DNA from: Zetaproteobacteria bacterium
Lineage (GTDB): Bacteria > Pseudomonadota > Zetaproteobacteria > Mariprofundales > Mariprofundaceae
DNA length: 64,000 nt
Reading direction: 5' to 3'
NCBI GenBank assembly: GCA_002746295.2
Contig: NVWS02000073.1
Location: 12,953-76,952 of the forward strand
Shown here: piece after piece, positions 18,397 through 28,713 of the stretch
Position numbering within the stretch: the stretch's first letter is position 1
How the letters are laid out: each line of letters begins with the position of its first letter
Notes under the pieces: generated by a model
The model's input: only the letters and a program-made list of their open reading frames with translations
Told to the model about the DNA's origin: nothing
Database searches by the model: none
Position numbers and translations under genes: made by a program

Positions 18397-18678
18397 ATGT
18401 TTCAAGTGAACGAATACTTTGATGGCAAGGTAAAGTCGTTAGCCTTTGAAAATGAAGAAGGTGCGGCAACGATGGGCGTGATGGCAGAGGGTGAATATGT
18501 GTTCAACACATCGTGCTTGGAAGTCATGCGGGTTGTTTCAGGAAGCTTGCGTGTGCAATTGCCAGTGAGTGATGTTTGGCAAACATTTACAGCAGGAGAA
18601 TCCTTTGAGGTGGCTGCCAATAAAAGTTTTACTGTGCAAGTGAGTGAGCAAACAGCATACCTTTGTTTGTATCGCTAA
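18397..18678 (+). CDS. ppnP: pyrimidine/purine nucleoside phosphorylase PpnP (YaiE, DUF1255)
   Basis: 93 aa. [17 protein letters not shown]...[12 protein letters not shown]...YLCLY is collinear with E. coli YaiE. Confidence 0.9.
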   Translation: MFQVNEYFDGKVKSLAFENEEGAATMGVMAEGEYVFNTSCLEVMRVVSGSLRVQLPVSDVWQTFTAGESFEVAANKSFTVQVSEQTAYLCLYR

Positions 18679-18718
18679 TAATTGGTGTCAATAATTTAAT
18701 GGTTGGGTGGTGTTTAGT

Positions 18719-19639
18719 ATGAGTTTTGAAAATATGGATGGTGTGATTTGGCTGGATGGTAAAATGGTGCCTTGGCGTGAAGCCAAAGTGCATGTGCTAA
18801 CGCATACCCTGCATTATGGTATGGGTGTGTTTGAAGGGGTACGTGCCTATCATGCGGAGAAAGGCACGGCTATTTTCCGTTTGGAAGAACATACGAATCG
18901 TTTGTTTCGTTCGGCTAAAATTATGAATATGCCGATGCCATTTACAAAAGATGAGCTCAATGCGGCACAGTTGGCAGCCGTGCGCGATAATGATTTGGAC
19001 TCAGCGTATTTGCGTCCGATGGTATTTTATGGTTCGGAAGGTATGGGTTTACGTGCGGATAATTTGAAGTCACATGCCATGGTGGCTGCTTGGACATGGG
19101 GCGCATACATGGGCGATGAAGGTATCACCAAGGGTATTCGCATTCGTACCAGCTCATTCACCCGTCATCATGTGAATATTGCCATGTGCAAAGCCAAAGC
19201 CAATGGCAACTATATTAGTTCGATGTTGGGTTTAGCCGATGCCGTCCGCGATGGTTATGATGAAGCCTTGTTCCTTGATGTGGACGGTATGGTGGCCGAA
19301 GGCTCGGGCGAAAATTTCTTTTTGGTGCGTGATGGGGTGATTTATACACCTGAATTGACCAGTGCCTTGGATGGCATTACCCGCGCGACGATTATTCAAT
19401 TGGCAGAAGAAGCGGGTTACACAGTTAAAGAGAAACGTATCACCCGTGATGAAGTGTATGTGGCAGATGAAGCTTTCTTTACAGGTACGGCAGCAGAAGT
19501 TACACCGATTAGAGAGCTGGATGGTCGTACGATTGGTTCAGGAACTCGTGGCACGATTACCGAAGAATTACAAAGTAAATACTTTGATGTGGTACATGGG
19601 CGTAGCCCTGAGCATGAAGCTTGGTTGACGTATGTATAA
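18719..19639 (+). CDS. ilvE: branched-chain amino acid aminotransferase
   Basis: IWLDGKMVPWREAKVHVLTHTLHYGMGVFEGVRAY...EGSGENFF...GITR. ATG 18719 is preferred to the ORF-track GTG 18707. Confidence 0.92.
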   Translation: MSFENMDGVIWLDGKMVPWREAKVHVLTHTLHYGMGVFEGVRAYHAEKGTAIFRLEEHTNRLFRSAKIMNMPMPFTKDELNAAQLAAVRDNDLDSAYLRPMVFYGSEGMGLRADNLKSHAMVAAWTWGAYMGDEGITKGIRIRTSSFTRHHVNIAMCKAKANGNYISSMLGLADAVRDGYDEALFLDVDGMVAEGSGENFFLVRDGVIYTPELTSALDGITRATIIQLAEEAGYTVKEKRITRDEVYVADEAFFTGTAAEVTPIRELDGRTIGSGTRGTITEELQSKYFDVVHGRSPEHEAWLTYV

Positions 19640-19671
19640 ACAGCTGATGTTACGCAGCTTGTAAAAAACAG

Positions 19672-19748
19672 CGTCATCCCCGAAATCTTGTATCGGGGAT
19701 CTATGATTTGAAACAAAAGACCCTCGATACAAGCACTCGAGGGTGACG
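19672..19748. repeat. palindromic intergenic repeat, copy 3 (best preserved)
   Basis: cgtcatccccgaaatcttgtatcggggatctatgatttgaaacaaaagaccctcgatacaagcactcgagggtgacg. The two halves are imperfect reverse complements. It lies 33 nt after the ilvE stop. Confidence 0.8.
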
Positions 19749-19907
19749 TACTAGGAGCCTGTGTTTCATGCAAAATTCGTAACATTTTTACGCGTTACTG
19801 TATAAGCCTTTTTTTTTCTCCGTGTCTCTGTGGTAAAAAAACACATGAAATTTTTAGCGCTCGTGAATAGTGCGTAACATCAGTAAATAGTTAGAAAAGG
19901 GGACGTG

Positions 19908-20564
19908 ATGTCTATTAAAGGATTTATTTTTGATTTGGATGGTACATTGATTGATGCGCTTCCCGATATTCAAGCCAATGCCAACCGTGCCTTGAAAAAG
20001 CTGGGTTATGATTTTCAAATGACACTCGCAGAAACACAGCCGCATGTCGGAGGTGGTGCGCAAAAATTGGCATCCAATGTCTTGGGCAAGCCGATGGATC
20101 ATCCTGAAACCATGGCGATGTACCATGCGTTTGCAGATTTTTATGAACAAAGCCCTGCGGATTTTGGTCGTATGTTTGATGGTGTTAAAGAAACATTGGA
20201 TGCGATTCAAGCCAAGGGCTTGCCGATGTGTATTGTCACAGCTAAACCTGCTAAAGCGCGTGTGAAAGTGACCCAAGCCTTGGGCTTGGATGATTATATG
20301 AGCTTGGCATTGTCGCCTGAAGATGGTTTCGCCAAAAAGCCTGCGCCAGATATGTTGATTGAATGCTGCCGTGCGATGGGTATTGAGCCTTCAGAAGCGG
20401 TGATGACAGGGGATACACGTTTTGATGTGGAAGCGGGTTTTGCAGCTCAATGTCATACAGTCGCCTTTGCTGAACATGGCTATCAAGATGTGCCCGAAGA
20501 ATATGCAGAACGTGTGATGTCATTGCCGCGATTTACGGATTTGTTAAAACTTTTGGACGCATGA
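19908..20564 (+). CDS. gph: HAD phosphatase, phosphoglycolate phosphatase-like
   Basis: IKGFIFDLDGTLIDALPDI, VTAKP, GDTRFDVEAG. GTG 19905 and ATG 19908 are both possible starts. Confidence 0.8.
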   Translation: MSIKGFIFDLDGTLIDALPDIQANANRALKKLGYDFQMTLAETQPHVGGGAQKLASNVLGKPMDHPETMAMYHAFADFYEQSPADFGRMFDGVKETLDAIQAKGLPMCIVTAKPAKARVKVTQALGLDDYMSLALSPEDGFAKKPAPDMLIECCRAMGIEPSEAVMTGDTRFDVEAGFAAQCHTVAFAEHGYQDVPEEYAERVMSLPRFTDLLKLLDA

Positions 20565-21190
20565 AATCAAATATAACAGGTTTGTATGGCATATTACCCG
20601 CAGACCTAGCTACTGAAACATTGCTGTTAAAGGCGGAAGAAGCGTTAAAGGGTGGGCTTCAAACCTTACAATTTCGTGATAAAAAAGCAGGCTATAAACG
20701 CGTATTCAAGCGTGCGGTAGCCTTGCGTGAATTAACGAAAGCTTATGATGCTTGTTTTATCGTCAATGATTCCGTGCAAATGGCAAAAGAAGTGGGCGCA
20801 GATGGTGTACATTTGGGGCGTGATGACGTGGTGAATCTGGCAGCGGCTCGTGATGACGTGGGTGATATGCTGATTGGTATGACATGCCGCGCCGATGCCG
20901 TGTTTGCCAAATTGGCGTTGCAGCAAGGCGCAGATTATGTTTCTTTCGGGGCAGTATTTTCCAGTCAAAGTAAACCTGATGTGCCTGTTTTGGGTTTGCC
21001 TCGTTTGCAAAAGGCAAGGCAGATGTTTCCTGATGCCAATCTTTGCGCCATTGGTGGCATCAATCTTGAAAATATAGCGATAGTGAAGCAAGCGGGCGCG
21101 ACATCTGCGGCTGTGATTTCTGGATTATTTGATGTTGAGAATGTACAGCAACGAACGAAAGATTTGCTGCAAGCTTGGAAAAAGGCATGA
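20561..21190 (+). CDS. thiE: thiamine-phosphate synthase
   Basis: 209 aa. LQFRDKK, FIVNDSVQMAKEVGADGVHLG, AIGGINLENI. ATGA overlap with gph. Confidence 0.9.
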   Translation: MKSNITGLYGILPADLATETLLLKAEEALKGGLQTLQFRDKKAGYKRVFKRAVALRELTKAYDACFIVNDSVQMAKEVGADGVHLGRDDVVNLAAARDDVGDMLIGMTCRADAVFAKLALQQGADYVSFGAVFSSQSKPDVPVLGLPRLQKARQMFPDANLCAIGGINLENIAIVKQAGATSAAVISGLFDVENVQQRTKDLLQAWKKA

Positions 21191-21942
21191 GTCGTTTACC
21201 TGTGTGTTTAACGATTGGTGGCTCAGATTCATGTGGTGGCGCAGGGATTCAAGCTGATTTGCGCGTGTTTCATGATTTGGGTGTGCAGGGGTGTAGTGCA
21301 ATCACGGCATTAACGGCACAGAATCATCAGGTCATTACACGTATTGAGCCTGTTTCTTTGGCACAACTGGATGCCGAACTGCATGCCATTTTTGATGTGT
21401 ACGATGTGCTAGCGGTGAAAACAGGTATGCTTTTGGATGCAGCACATATTGCGACTGTTTCAGCATGTTTGGATTTATATCATGCTGGTAAACCCTTGGT
21501 GGTCGATCCTGTCTTGGTATCCAGCAGTGGGCGCAGCTTGTTGGATGAAGGCGCGCTTGACACGTTAAAACATACCTTGATTCAACAAGCCACCTTATTG
21601 ACCCCAAACTTGGGTGAGGCATCGGTTCTGTTAAAGGCTGATGTTGTGGATGCTGTGGTATCGGCTCGACAATTGGTGAATGATTTGGGCTGTTCTGTGT
21701 TGTTAAAAGGAGGGCATGGCTCAGGCGATGTATTGCGCGATGTGTGGGTGAGTGTGGATGGTGAAAGTGATGTGTTTTCACATCCCAAACAGGCATGGGG
21801 TGATTTTCAATACCATGGTACGGGTTGCCGTTTAGCCTCGGCTCTTGCTGCCCAGCTTGCTCAAAATCAAGGTTTACATGATGCCTGTAAGCAAGCCATT
21901 GCCTATGTTCAACAGCCTCGTGCTTATGAAATTCATGCTTAA
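21187..21942 (+). CDS. thiD: hydroxymethylpyrimidine/phosphomethylpyrimidine kinase
   Basis: LTIGGSDSCGGAGIQADLRVF, VKTGML, LLKGGH, GTGCRLASAL. ATG 21187 forms an ATGA overlap with the thiE stop. Confidence 0.9.
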   Translation: MSRLPVCLTIGGSDSCGGAGIQADLRVFHDLGVQGCSAITALTAQNHQVITRIEPVSLAQLDAELHAIFDVYDVLAVKTGMLLDAAHIATVSACLDLYHAGKPLVVDPVLVSSSGRSLLDEGALDTLKHTLIQQATLLTPNLGEASVLLKADVVDAVVSARQLVNDLGCSVLLKGGHGSGDVLRDVWVSVDGESDVFSHPKQAWGDFQYHGTGCRLASALAAQLAQNQGLHDACKQAIAYVQQPRAYEIHA

Positions 21943-21978
21943 GCTTTCGTTTACAAAATTATTGATTATGTTTCAGTC

Positions 21979-22788
21979 ATGATTCGTACTGAGCATTTAT
22001 CCCGAAAATTTGGAAACATTAAAGCCTTAAATAATGTCAACCTTCATATTAAGTCCCATGAAACGACAGTGATTATGGGCGGGTCAGGTTCAGGTAAAAC
22101 GACATTGCTGCGTTTGTTAGCGAGTTTGGAATGTCCGACATCGGGAAATATTTATTTTGGTGATGAAAACCTTGTGGGTATTAAACAAAAACGTCTGTAT
22201 GAATTGCGCGCCAAAATGGGCATGGTCTTTCAATATTCAGCACTTTTGAACTCCTTGAGTGTGTTTGAAAATGTTGCCTTTCCCTTGCGAGAACATAGTG
22301 ATTTGGATGATTTCATTATTCAAACGATTGTGACCATGAAATTGGAACAAGTGGGCTTGCGTGGCTTTGAAGATATGATGCCTTCGCAATTATCAGGCGG
22401 TATGGCGAAACGTGTGGCTTTTGCCCGTGCCATTTCAATGGACCCTGAAGTGGTGTTTTTTGACGAACCAACATCGGGTTTAGACCCCATTTCTGCGGGT
22501 GTCATCTCCAATATGATTTCGGATTTAACCAAAAAAGCTAAAATGACATCTATTGTGGTGACCCATGATGTACATGCGGGCTTAGAAATCGCAGATCATC
22601 TCATTCTTTTGTGGCAAGGCGAGGTTATTATTGAAGGAACATCTGAGGTGATTCGTAACAGTGATGATGCACGTGTGGTGCAATTTATTGAAGGTCGCCC
22701 CGATGGTCCGATTCCTTTTTCACGCAGTGAAACGGCTTTTATCGATGATTTGATGCATAAACCCGGTACGGTGAGGATGTCATCATGA
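21979..22788 (+). CDS. mlaF: phospholipid ABC transporter ATPase MlaF
   Basis: 269 aa. Walker A GGSGSGKTT, LSGGMAKRVAFARA, VFFDEPTSGLDP. Confidence 0.88.
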   Translation: MIRTEHLSRKFGNIKALNNVNLHIKSHETTVIMGGSGSGKTTLLRLLASLECPTSGNIYFGDENLVGIKQKRLYELRAKMGMVFQYSALLNSLSVFENVAFPLREHSDLDDFIIQTIVTMKLEQVGLRGFEDMMPSQLSGGMAKRVAFARAISMDPEVVFFDEPTSGLDPISAGVISNMISDLTKKAKMTSIVVTHDVHAGLEIADHLILLWQGEVIIEGTSEVIRNSDDARVVQFIEGRPDGPIPFSRSETAFIDDLMHKPGTVRMSS

Positions 22789-23585
22789 GTGCTATAGAAA
22801 AAAAACAACCCGCGATGTTTCAAATGCTGGGTGGTCTTGGACGTTGGTGCTTACAGTCCATTGAGAAATTTGGTGATGCAGCGGTATTGAGTGCGGTATC
22901 TTTGGGCTACTTGTTTCGCAGACCTTGGCAAGGCAAGCATTTTATGTTGCAAATGTATGCTTTGGGTGTGGGATCGTTGATTATTATGGCGATTACAGGT
23001 GCTTTTACGGGCATGGTATTGGCATTGCAAGGTTACTATACACTGGCAAAATTTGGTTCAGAATCCTTGTTGGGTTCAGGTGTGGCTTTGTCTATTTTAC
23101 GCGAACTTGGTCCTGTGTTGGGAGCCTTAATGTTTGTCGGACGAGCGGGATCGAGTATCACCGCTGAAATTGGTATTATGCGGGTGACAGAACAACTCGA
23201 TGCGTTGCAAATGATGGCCATCAATCCGCATGCGCGTGTTATTTTACCGCGTATTATCGCTACGACCTTGGCATTGCCGTTGTTGGTATCTCTTTTTGAT
23301 GTGATTGGTTTGGCGGCGAGTTATGTGGTGGGTGTGGAATTGTTGGGGGTAAACGCAGGTGCTTTTACAGGTGAAATGGTTGCCAAGGTTATTCCGATGG
23401 ACTTGTATGCAGGTTGGTTGAAAGCCTTGGTCTTTGGCTTTTTGGTGGGTGTGATTTGTACCTATATGGGCTATCGGGCTGAACCAACGACAGAAGGCGT
23501 GGCACACGCGACAACGCAAGCCGTGGTGGTGAGTTCTGTGAGTATCTTAATCTTAGATTATATACTGACATCGATTTTTTTATAA
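22785..23585 (+). CDS. mlaE: phospholipid ABC transporter permease MlaE
   Basis: 266 aa. RELGPVLGALMFVGRAGSSITAEIGIMRVTEQLDAL is the MlaE family signature. ATGA overlap with mlaF. Confidence 0.9.
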   Translation: MSAIEKKQPAMFQMLGGLGRWCLQSIEKFGDAAVLSAVSLGYLFRRPWQGKHFMLQMYALGVGSLIIMAITGAFTGMVLALQGYYTLAKFGSESLLGSGVALSILRELGPVLGALMFVGRAGSSITAEIGIMRVTEQLDALQMMAINPHARVILPRIIATTLALPLLVSLFDVIGLAASYVVGVELLGVNAGAFTGEMVAKVIPMDLYAGWLKALVFGFLVGVICTYMGYRAEPTTEGVAHATTQAVVVSSVSILILDYILTSIFL

Positions 23586-23614
23586 AAAAATGAACAAGGT
23601 GAGGAGAAGGAATC

Positions 23615-24064
23615 ATGCAGTCGTATCGCAAGGTTGAAATTATTGTTGGAATATTTGTGCTGGTGGGTGTGCTTTCGATGTCATGGATGGCCATCAAGTT
23701 GGGGCAAATTGGTGGTATGGGGTCATCAGGTTATACTTTAAGCGCAACCTTTGATGATGCGGGTGGTTTGCGTGTGGGTGCAGATGTGATGATGGCTGGT
23801 GTATCCATTGGTCGCTTATCGTCGGTTGCTTTGAATGATGATAGCGAAGCCGTGATTCATATGGAAATTCAAAATGATGTGCATTTAAGCACGGATGCGA
23901 TCGCAGCTGTTCGCACCAAGGGTATTATTGGGGAGCGTTATGTTCGCATGTCGCAAGGGGCTGATGATGCCATGTTGGCGAGTGGGGATGAGATAGAGGA
24001 GACAGAATCTGCCATCAATATTGAAGATTTGATTAGCAAGTATATTTTCCAAGGGAAAGAGTAA
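23615..24064 (+). CDS. mlaD: MCE-domain protein MlaD
   Basis: 149 aa. N-terminal TM, then YTLSATFDDAGGLRVGADVMMAGVSIGRL. Confidence 0.88.
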   Translation: MQSYRKVEIIVGIFVLVGVLSMSWMAIKLGQIGGMGSSGYTLSATFDDAGGLRVGADVMMAGVSIGRLSSVALNDDSEAVIHMEIQNDVHLSTDAIAAVRTKGIIGERYVRMSQGADDAMLASGDEIEETESAINIEDLISKYIFQGKE

Positions 24065-24136
24065 TGATTGCTACTTGGTAGCGGGTGAGAATGTTGACTA
24101 AAATATCATGGCTCGAAGTTGAGTAAGGAGATGAAT

Positions 24137-24757
24137 ATGGGTAAAACAATGAAAGCAATGTGGGTTGGAATATGCATGTTGGCAATACCTGCCTTATCAA
24201 TGGGGGTTGAAGATAATGGACCCAAAGCCGTTGTCCAAGCTGCTGTGGGCGGTATTGTGAATGTTCTACGAGAGCGTACCAGTACGGGTGCATTGACAGA
24301 TAAAGATCGTATGGCGATTCGTCAGCAAGTTGAAGGTCGCTTTGATTACGCTGAAATGGCACGCCGCAGTGTGGGCAGAAGTTGGAAGAAAAAAACATCA
24401 GAACAGCAAGCAGTATTTACGGCTGTATTCCGTGATTTATTGGAATATACCTATGGTAATCGTTTGGCTGCGTATAAAAACCAAACCATTGAGTATGATA
24501 ATGCTGAATTTAGAAAGAACAAAGCGCGTGTGAAAACACGGGTGGTGGGCGAGAATAAAACTACGCCTGTTGCTTACCGTTTGCATCAAACAGCACATGG
24601 TTGGATGGTGTATGACATTAAAATTGAAGGTGTAAGTTTGGTTGGAACGTTTCGTAAAGATTTTAAATCATCGTTAAGACGACATGGTTTTGATGGTTTG
24701 TTGGCTGCGTTGAAAAAGAAAGTGGCTAAAATGAAAGGTACTTCTAGCAAGTCATAA
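24137..24757 (+). CDS. mlaC: periplasmic phospholipid-binding protein MlaC (Ttg2D family)
   Basis: ORF 24119..24757. ATG 24137 lies 6 nt after AAGGAG. Signal peptide present; FDYAEMARRSVGRSWKK and VYDIKIEGVSLV match the MlaC pattern. Confidence 0.85.
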   Translation: MGKTMKAMWVGICMLAIPALSMGVEDNGPKAVVQAAVGGIVNVLRERTSTGALTDKDRMAIRQQVEGRFDYAEMARRSVGRSWKKKTSEQQAVFTAVFRDLLEYTYGNRLAAYKNQTIEYDNAEFRKNKARVKTRVVGENKTTPVAYRLHQTAHGWMVYDIKIEGVSLVGTFRKDFKSSLRRHGFDGLLAALKKKVAKMKGTSSKS

Positions 24758-24784
24758 TTTATTGTTGTTGATTGTCTAAAGCAA

Positions 24785-27700
24785 GTGTTCTTGATGACAT
24801 ATTTTAAAAACGCGCTAACGACATGTTGGCGCGTTTTTTTATTGTTGATGTTGTTCTTTACGGCATCGCTGCTGTTATTGTATCAATTTTTTCCTGATAT
24901 CAAGCGCTTACAACCTGAATTGGAAATGATTGTTCAACAAGAATTGAATTTATCCTCGGTCAATTTGGGAGAATTATCTTGGACATGGGGCTGGAATGTT
25001 GGGATTATAGCCAAGCATTCCAGCTTCTCTCGGGATGATTTGGGACTGTCATTGAAAAATAGTCGCTTTGAAGTTCGCCTTTCGCTAGCTGATTTATTGA
25101 AAGGAAACTTGGGGCTAAAATCCATCCATATTAAGGGTGGTGATGCGAATGTTCAGCTTGTTCAGGGTAAAGATTCAAGTGCCTTAGCATGGACACCCAT
25201 ACGGGTTGAGCTTGATGATGTGCATGTACATTGGGCTTGGAAGAAAGAATCATCAGGTTTACATATTCAATCCTTGAAATTATTGCCATCACTGCATGAA
25301 GTTCGCCTGAATACGCCAAGTTTTCAAGCCTTACTGCATTATGATGAGGCGCTTCAAGCCGATAGCGTGCATGTAAACTTTCAGAGTTTGGAGGCACTGC
25401 CCAAGGCTTGGCGACACTGGATGCATGGGAAATTATCGGGCAATTTTGATGTTCATCGTCAGACTGACCATCAACAGAAAGTTTGGCAGGGGAGCTGGCT
25501 GTTAGAAGGCGGTGATGCTTCGCTCATACAATGGAAAAGTGCATCGTTATATATACCTGTTGATGCGATAGAGGGGAAATTCTCATGTCGTTTATCTTCA
25601 AAAGGTTTGCCCATTCAATGGGATATGCAGGATGTAAGGTGGTCGAAAACGAAAAATAATGCATCTGCAAACGTGAGTTGGGAAGAAGGTATACTGACTT
25701 TAAAAGCTCAATCATCACATCTGGATATGCCCTTGTTGTGGTCATGGTTGAAGCCATTGGATGATGATATGGTATGGCATCAATGGTTGGATGATATGCA
25801 GGCAGGCGTTGGCAAGGGCGTGAATGTTCGTCTTACATTCCCTTGGCGGAATTTCCCAGATATACCTGAGGCATCAGTATGGAAGGATTTGCATTATCGG
25901 GTGCAAGCTGATGTCTATGCTGCTGATATTTCACTGGGGAAGAAAGGTTCCTTACGAGATACCCAAGGTCATGTGGATTTAAATGAACGTGGCTTGCAGG
26001 CTATGATTCATCAAGCACGGCTGCCGCAGGGTATCGGTCAAGTGCAAGGCACATTGTGGATTCCTTGGCATAACATTGCCATTCATGTGAAAGGTCATGG
26101 GGATGTAGATGTTGCTAAACTCCAAGCCTGGGCATCGCCACAAGCTTCAAGAAAAACATCGTCAACATTCGCATGGATCTCGGATGCACCGGCTCAAACA
26201 GAATTTTCCTTGCAATGGCTGCCAAGTTCGGGTGATTTTACGGAACTTTCAACGCATTTTAAACCGAAGAAAGCTTGGCATGTTCGTTTATATGACCATC
26301 CATTTTGGTTGGATTCGGGTGATTTGACTTGGGATATGAAACTTGGCTTAACAGGTGAAAAATTACATGGACATGACGATGATTTGAATGCGTCTGTCAG
26401 TTTTTCGCTGCGCCAAAATGAAAGTGATGCAAGTCTTTGGTCGTTAAAAAAACTGAATGGAGATATTGATGGGGTATTAAACAGATGGGTGAAGCGTTAT
26501 CAATTACCCATTGAATCAGCGCAAGGGAAGTGGCAGGCAAGCGTGGGTTTTGATGGTCATCAGTGGATGGGGGATTTGAATTTGGATGCTGCCAGTTGGC
26601 AGAATCTACTCGGTTCACATAAGCAACAAAATCAGACTTGGAAGCTGCATTATCAAGGCGTGATGTCGGAGAAAACCTTTCAATTAACCCACATCAGTAG
26701 TCATCAAGCGCCATTACAATTCGATGCGTATGGTGAGGTGAGTTCACAGCGGATTGTACTGAATATTTCAAACCTCAAAACGGATGCTGTGGATGGAAAT
26801 GTAAGGCTTTATTTACCTTTGGATAAGGGTATTTGGCAGGTGAATATGAAGGGAGCTTACCTGAATCGGCAGGCTTTGCCCAAGCATGTGCCCAGAGGTG
26901 AGGGATTAGAGCAACGTTCTTGGCATATATGGGCGGATATTGATCAATTTGAATGGAATAAGACGCGCATGCAAGCCGTGCATTTGGATATGTCATCGAA
27001 TCAGAGCGTGGCATCTCAGGTGAAGGCATCGCGTATCACCTCTAAAGCACTATCTTTGGAGGATGTTGAAGCTCATTTTAATGTATTAAAGGGTGGGAAG
27101 ATTGATATTCACCATCTTACCGCACTCATGCAACGGGATAAAATTTTAATATCGGCACTGCTTACACCCGAAACATTGGGTGGTATGAAGTGGCAGGGTT
27201 ATGCAATATTGGATGGTTCCTTGGGAGCTTTGATGCAGCATGCAAAGTTATCCACCTTGTTGGAAGGTGGAAAAATGCATGCAGTATTACTGGGGGAAGG
27301 CTTCCTTTTTCGCGATAAGCCTTGGTGGCAAGGCTTGCGGGGTCGCCTACGTATTCATTCAAGGGATGGTGAAATTTTAAAAGGAGGCACGCTGACCAAG
27401 TTTTTAGCGGTATTGAGTTGGGCAGACTTGCCTCGGCTTTTGTTGGCGCGTCGCCCTGATCTAACGCGTAAAGGTTTGGTGTACGAACATTTGCAAGTGG
27501 AATCGACACTGCACAATCGTGACATGAAGATTCAACGTTTGGCATTGGATTCATCGGCAGTCCAACTTGCAGGTCAAGGAACGTTTGACCTAGATGTTGG
27601 GAATGTGGATGTCATGTTGGTGGCGCAGCCTTTTCAGAATTTGGATGCGGTGTTAACAAAATTACCAATTTTGGGCTATGTTTTGGGTGGAAGTGGGCAT

Positions 27701-27862
27701 TCTATTTTTCGACGGGCTTACCATGTGTACGGACCTGTTGCCGATGCACAAGTGGATGGTGTATCGCCCAAAGATGCTGGCGCACCCAGTTCGGGTTTGA
27801 TTGATCGTTTTTTAAACCTGCCAGATGCTTGGTTTGGCAATCGAAAGTCGGTGGCTCCTTAG
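24785..27862 (+). CDS. YhdP/AsmA-like (DUF3971 + AsmA_2) envelope-spanning protein
   Basis: 1025 aa. A single N-terminal TM, a long beta-rich body, and a C-terminus ...LPILGYVLGGSGHSIFRRAYHVYGPVADAQV like the YhdP family. Confidence 0.7.
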   Translation: MFLMTYFKNALTTCWRVFLLLMLFFTASLLLLYQFFPDIKRLQPELEMIVQQELNLSSVNLGELSWTWGWNVGIIAKHSSFSRDDLGLSLKNSRFEVRLSLADLLKGNLGLKSIHIKGGDANVQLVQGKDSSALAWTPIRVELDDVHVHWAWKKESSGLHIQSLKLLPSLHEVRLNTPSFQALLHYDEALQADSVHVNFQSLEALPKAWRHWMHGKLSGNFDVHRQTDHQQKVWQGSWLLEGGDASLIQWKSASLYIPVDAIEGKFSCRLSSKGLPIQWDMQDVRWSKTKNNASANVSWEEGILTLKAQSSHLDMPLLWSWLKPLDDDMVWHQWLDDMQAGVGKGVNVRLTFPWRNFPDIPEASVWKDLHYRVQADVYAADISLGKKGSLRDTQGHVDLNERGLQAMIHQARLPQGIGQVQGTLWIPWHNIAIHVKGHGDVDVAKLQAWASPQASRKTSSTFAWISDAPAQTEFSLQWLPSSGDFTELSTHFKPKKAWHVRLYDHPFWLDSGDLTWDMKLGLTGEKLHGHDDDLNASVSFSLRQNESDASLWSLKKLNGDIDGVLNRWVKRYQLPIESAQGKWQASVGFDGHQWMGDLNLDAASWQNLLGSHKQQNQTWKLHYQGVMSEKTFQLTHISSHQAPLQFDAYGEVSSQRIVLNISNLKTDAVDGNVRLYLPLDKGIWQVNMKGAYLNRQALPKHVPRGEGLEQRSWHIWADIDQFEWNKTRMQAVHLDMSSNQSVASQVKASRITSKALSLEDVEAHFNVLKGGKIDIHHLTALMQRDKILISALLTPETLGGMKWQGYAILDGSLGALMQHAKLSTLLEGGKMHAVLLGEGFLFRDKPWWQGLRGRLRIHSRDGEILKGGTLTKFLAVLSWADLPRLLLARRPDLTRKGLVYEHLQVESTLHNRDMKIQRLALDSSAVQLAGQGTFDLDVGNVDVMLVAQPFQNLDAVLTKLPILGYVLGGSGHSIFRRAYHVYGPVADAQVDGVSPKDAGAPSSGLIDRFLNLPDAWFGNRKSVAP

Positions 27863-27909
27863 CGGCTTATGCGCTGTTTCTCCCATTATTAATGCCCGAA
27901 TCATTCGGC

Positions 27910-28713
27910 TTAGCTGCTGGGATCCACCTTGATGCGTTGAATGCGGATGGTTTTTCCAGTGTGCAAATCGCAGCTTAACAGGGTTGCAAAAATGGTTGCA
28001 CCACGATCCACTGCCTCGAATCGTTGTGGAAGACGGGTAATCATTCGGTGTAATGCTCCCTCCTTTTTCATACCAATGATGGACTGGTATGAGCCCGTCA
28101 TGCCAATGTCGGTTTGATATGCAGTACCACTGCTATGAATGATTTCGTCACAGGTTGGAATATGCGTGTGAGTGCCGTAAACAAAAGAAACACGTCCATC
28201 CAAATGCCAGCCCATGCCCATTTTTTCACTGGTGGTTTCGGCATGTATATCCATCAAAATGACTTTAACATCGGAAGGTATTTCCGAAAGGGCTTGATCC
28301 GCTGCTTCAAAGGGGCAGTTCCAAGTGCCACTCATAAAAATTTGTCCAATGGTGTTGATGACAGCCACGGGATGCCCCATTGCGGTTTCTTGAATCGTCC
28401 AACCTTGCCCTGGTGCTTCAGGAAAGAAGTTGGCAGGGCGAACAAAACGATCATCTTCATCAATGGTCTTCATGAAATCACGTTGATCCCAACAGTGGTT
28501 GCCATTGGTGAGAACATGTACGCCAGAATCAAAGACCTCATCGGCGACCTTGCGTGTTGTACCGAAGCCTGCTGCAAGGTTTTCACCATTGGCAACCACA
28601 AAATCAATCAAATGCTGGTCAATGAGGCGAGGTAGGTGGTCGCGTAGAGCTTTACGTCCAGCTTTTCCTAAGATATCACCAATAACCAATAGGTTTATGT
28701 GTTGTTCTGACAT
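27910..28713 (-). CDS. ymdB: YmdB-family metallophosphoesterase (2',3'-cyclic-nucleotide 2'-phosphodiesterase)
   Basis: 267 aa. LLVIGDILGKAGRKAL...DFVVANGENLAAGFG...GNHCWD...THTH. Confidence 0.85.
   Translation of the reverse strand: MSEQHINLLVIGDILGKAGRKALRDHLPRLIDQHLIDFVVANGENLAAGFGTTRKVADEVFDSGVHVLTNGNHCWDQRDFMKTIDEDDRFVRPANFFPEAPGQGWTIQETAMGHPVAVINTIGQIFMSGTWNCPFEAADQALSEIPSDVKVILMDIHAETTSEKMGMGWHLDGRVSFVYGTHTHIPTCDEIIHSSGTAYQTDIGMTGSYQSIIGMKKEGALHRMITRLPQRFEAVDRGATIFATLLSCDLHTGKTIRIQRIKVDPSS

Noticed and set aside
28114-28635. 173-aa plus-strand ORF
   Set aside because: It is antisense to ymdB, whose metallophosphoesterase motifs are clear.
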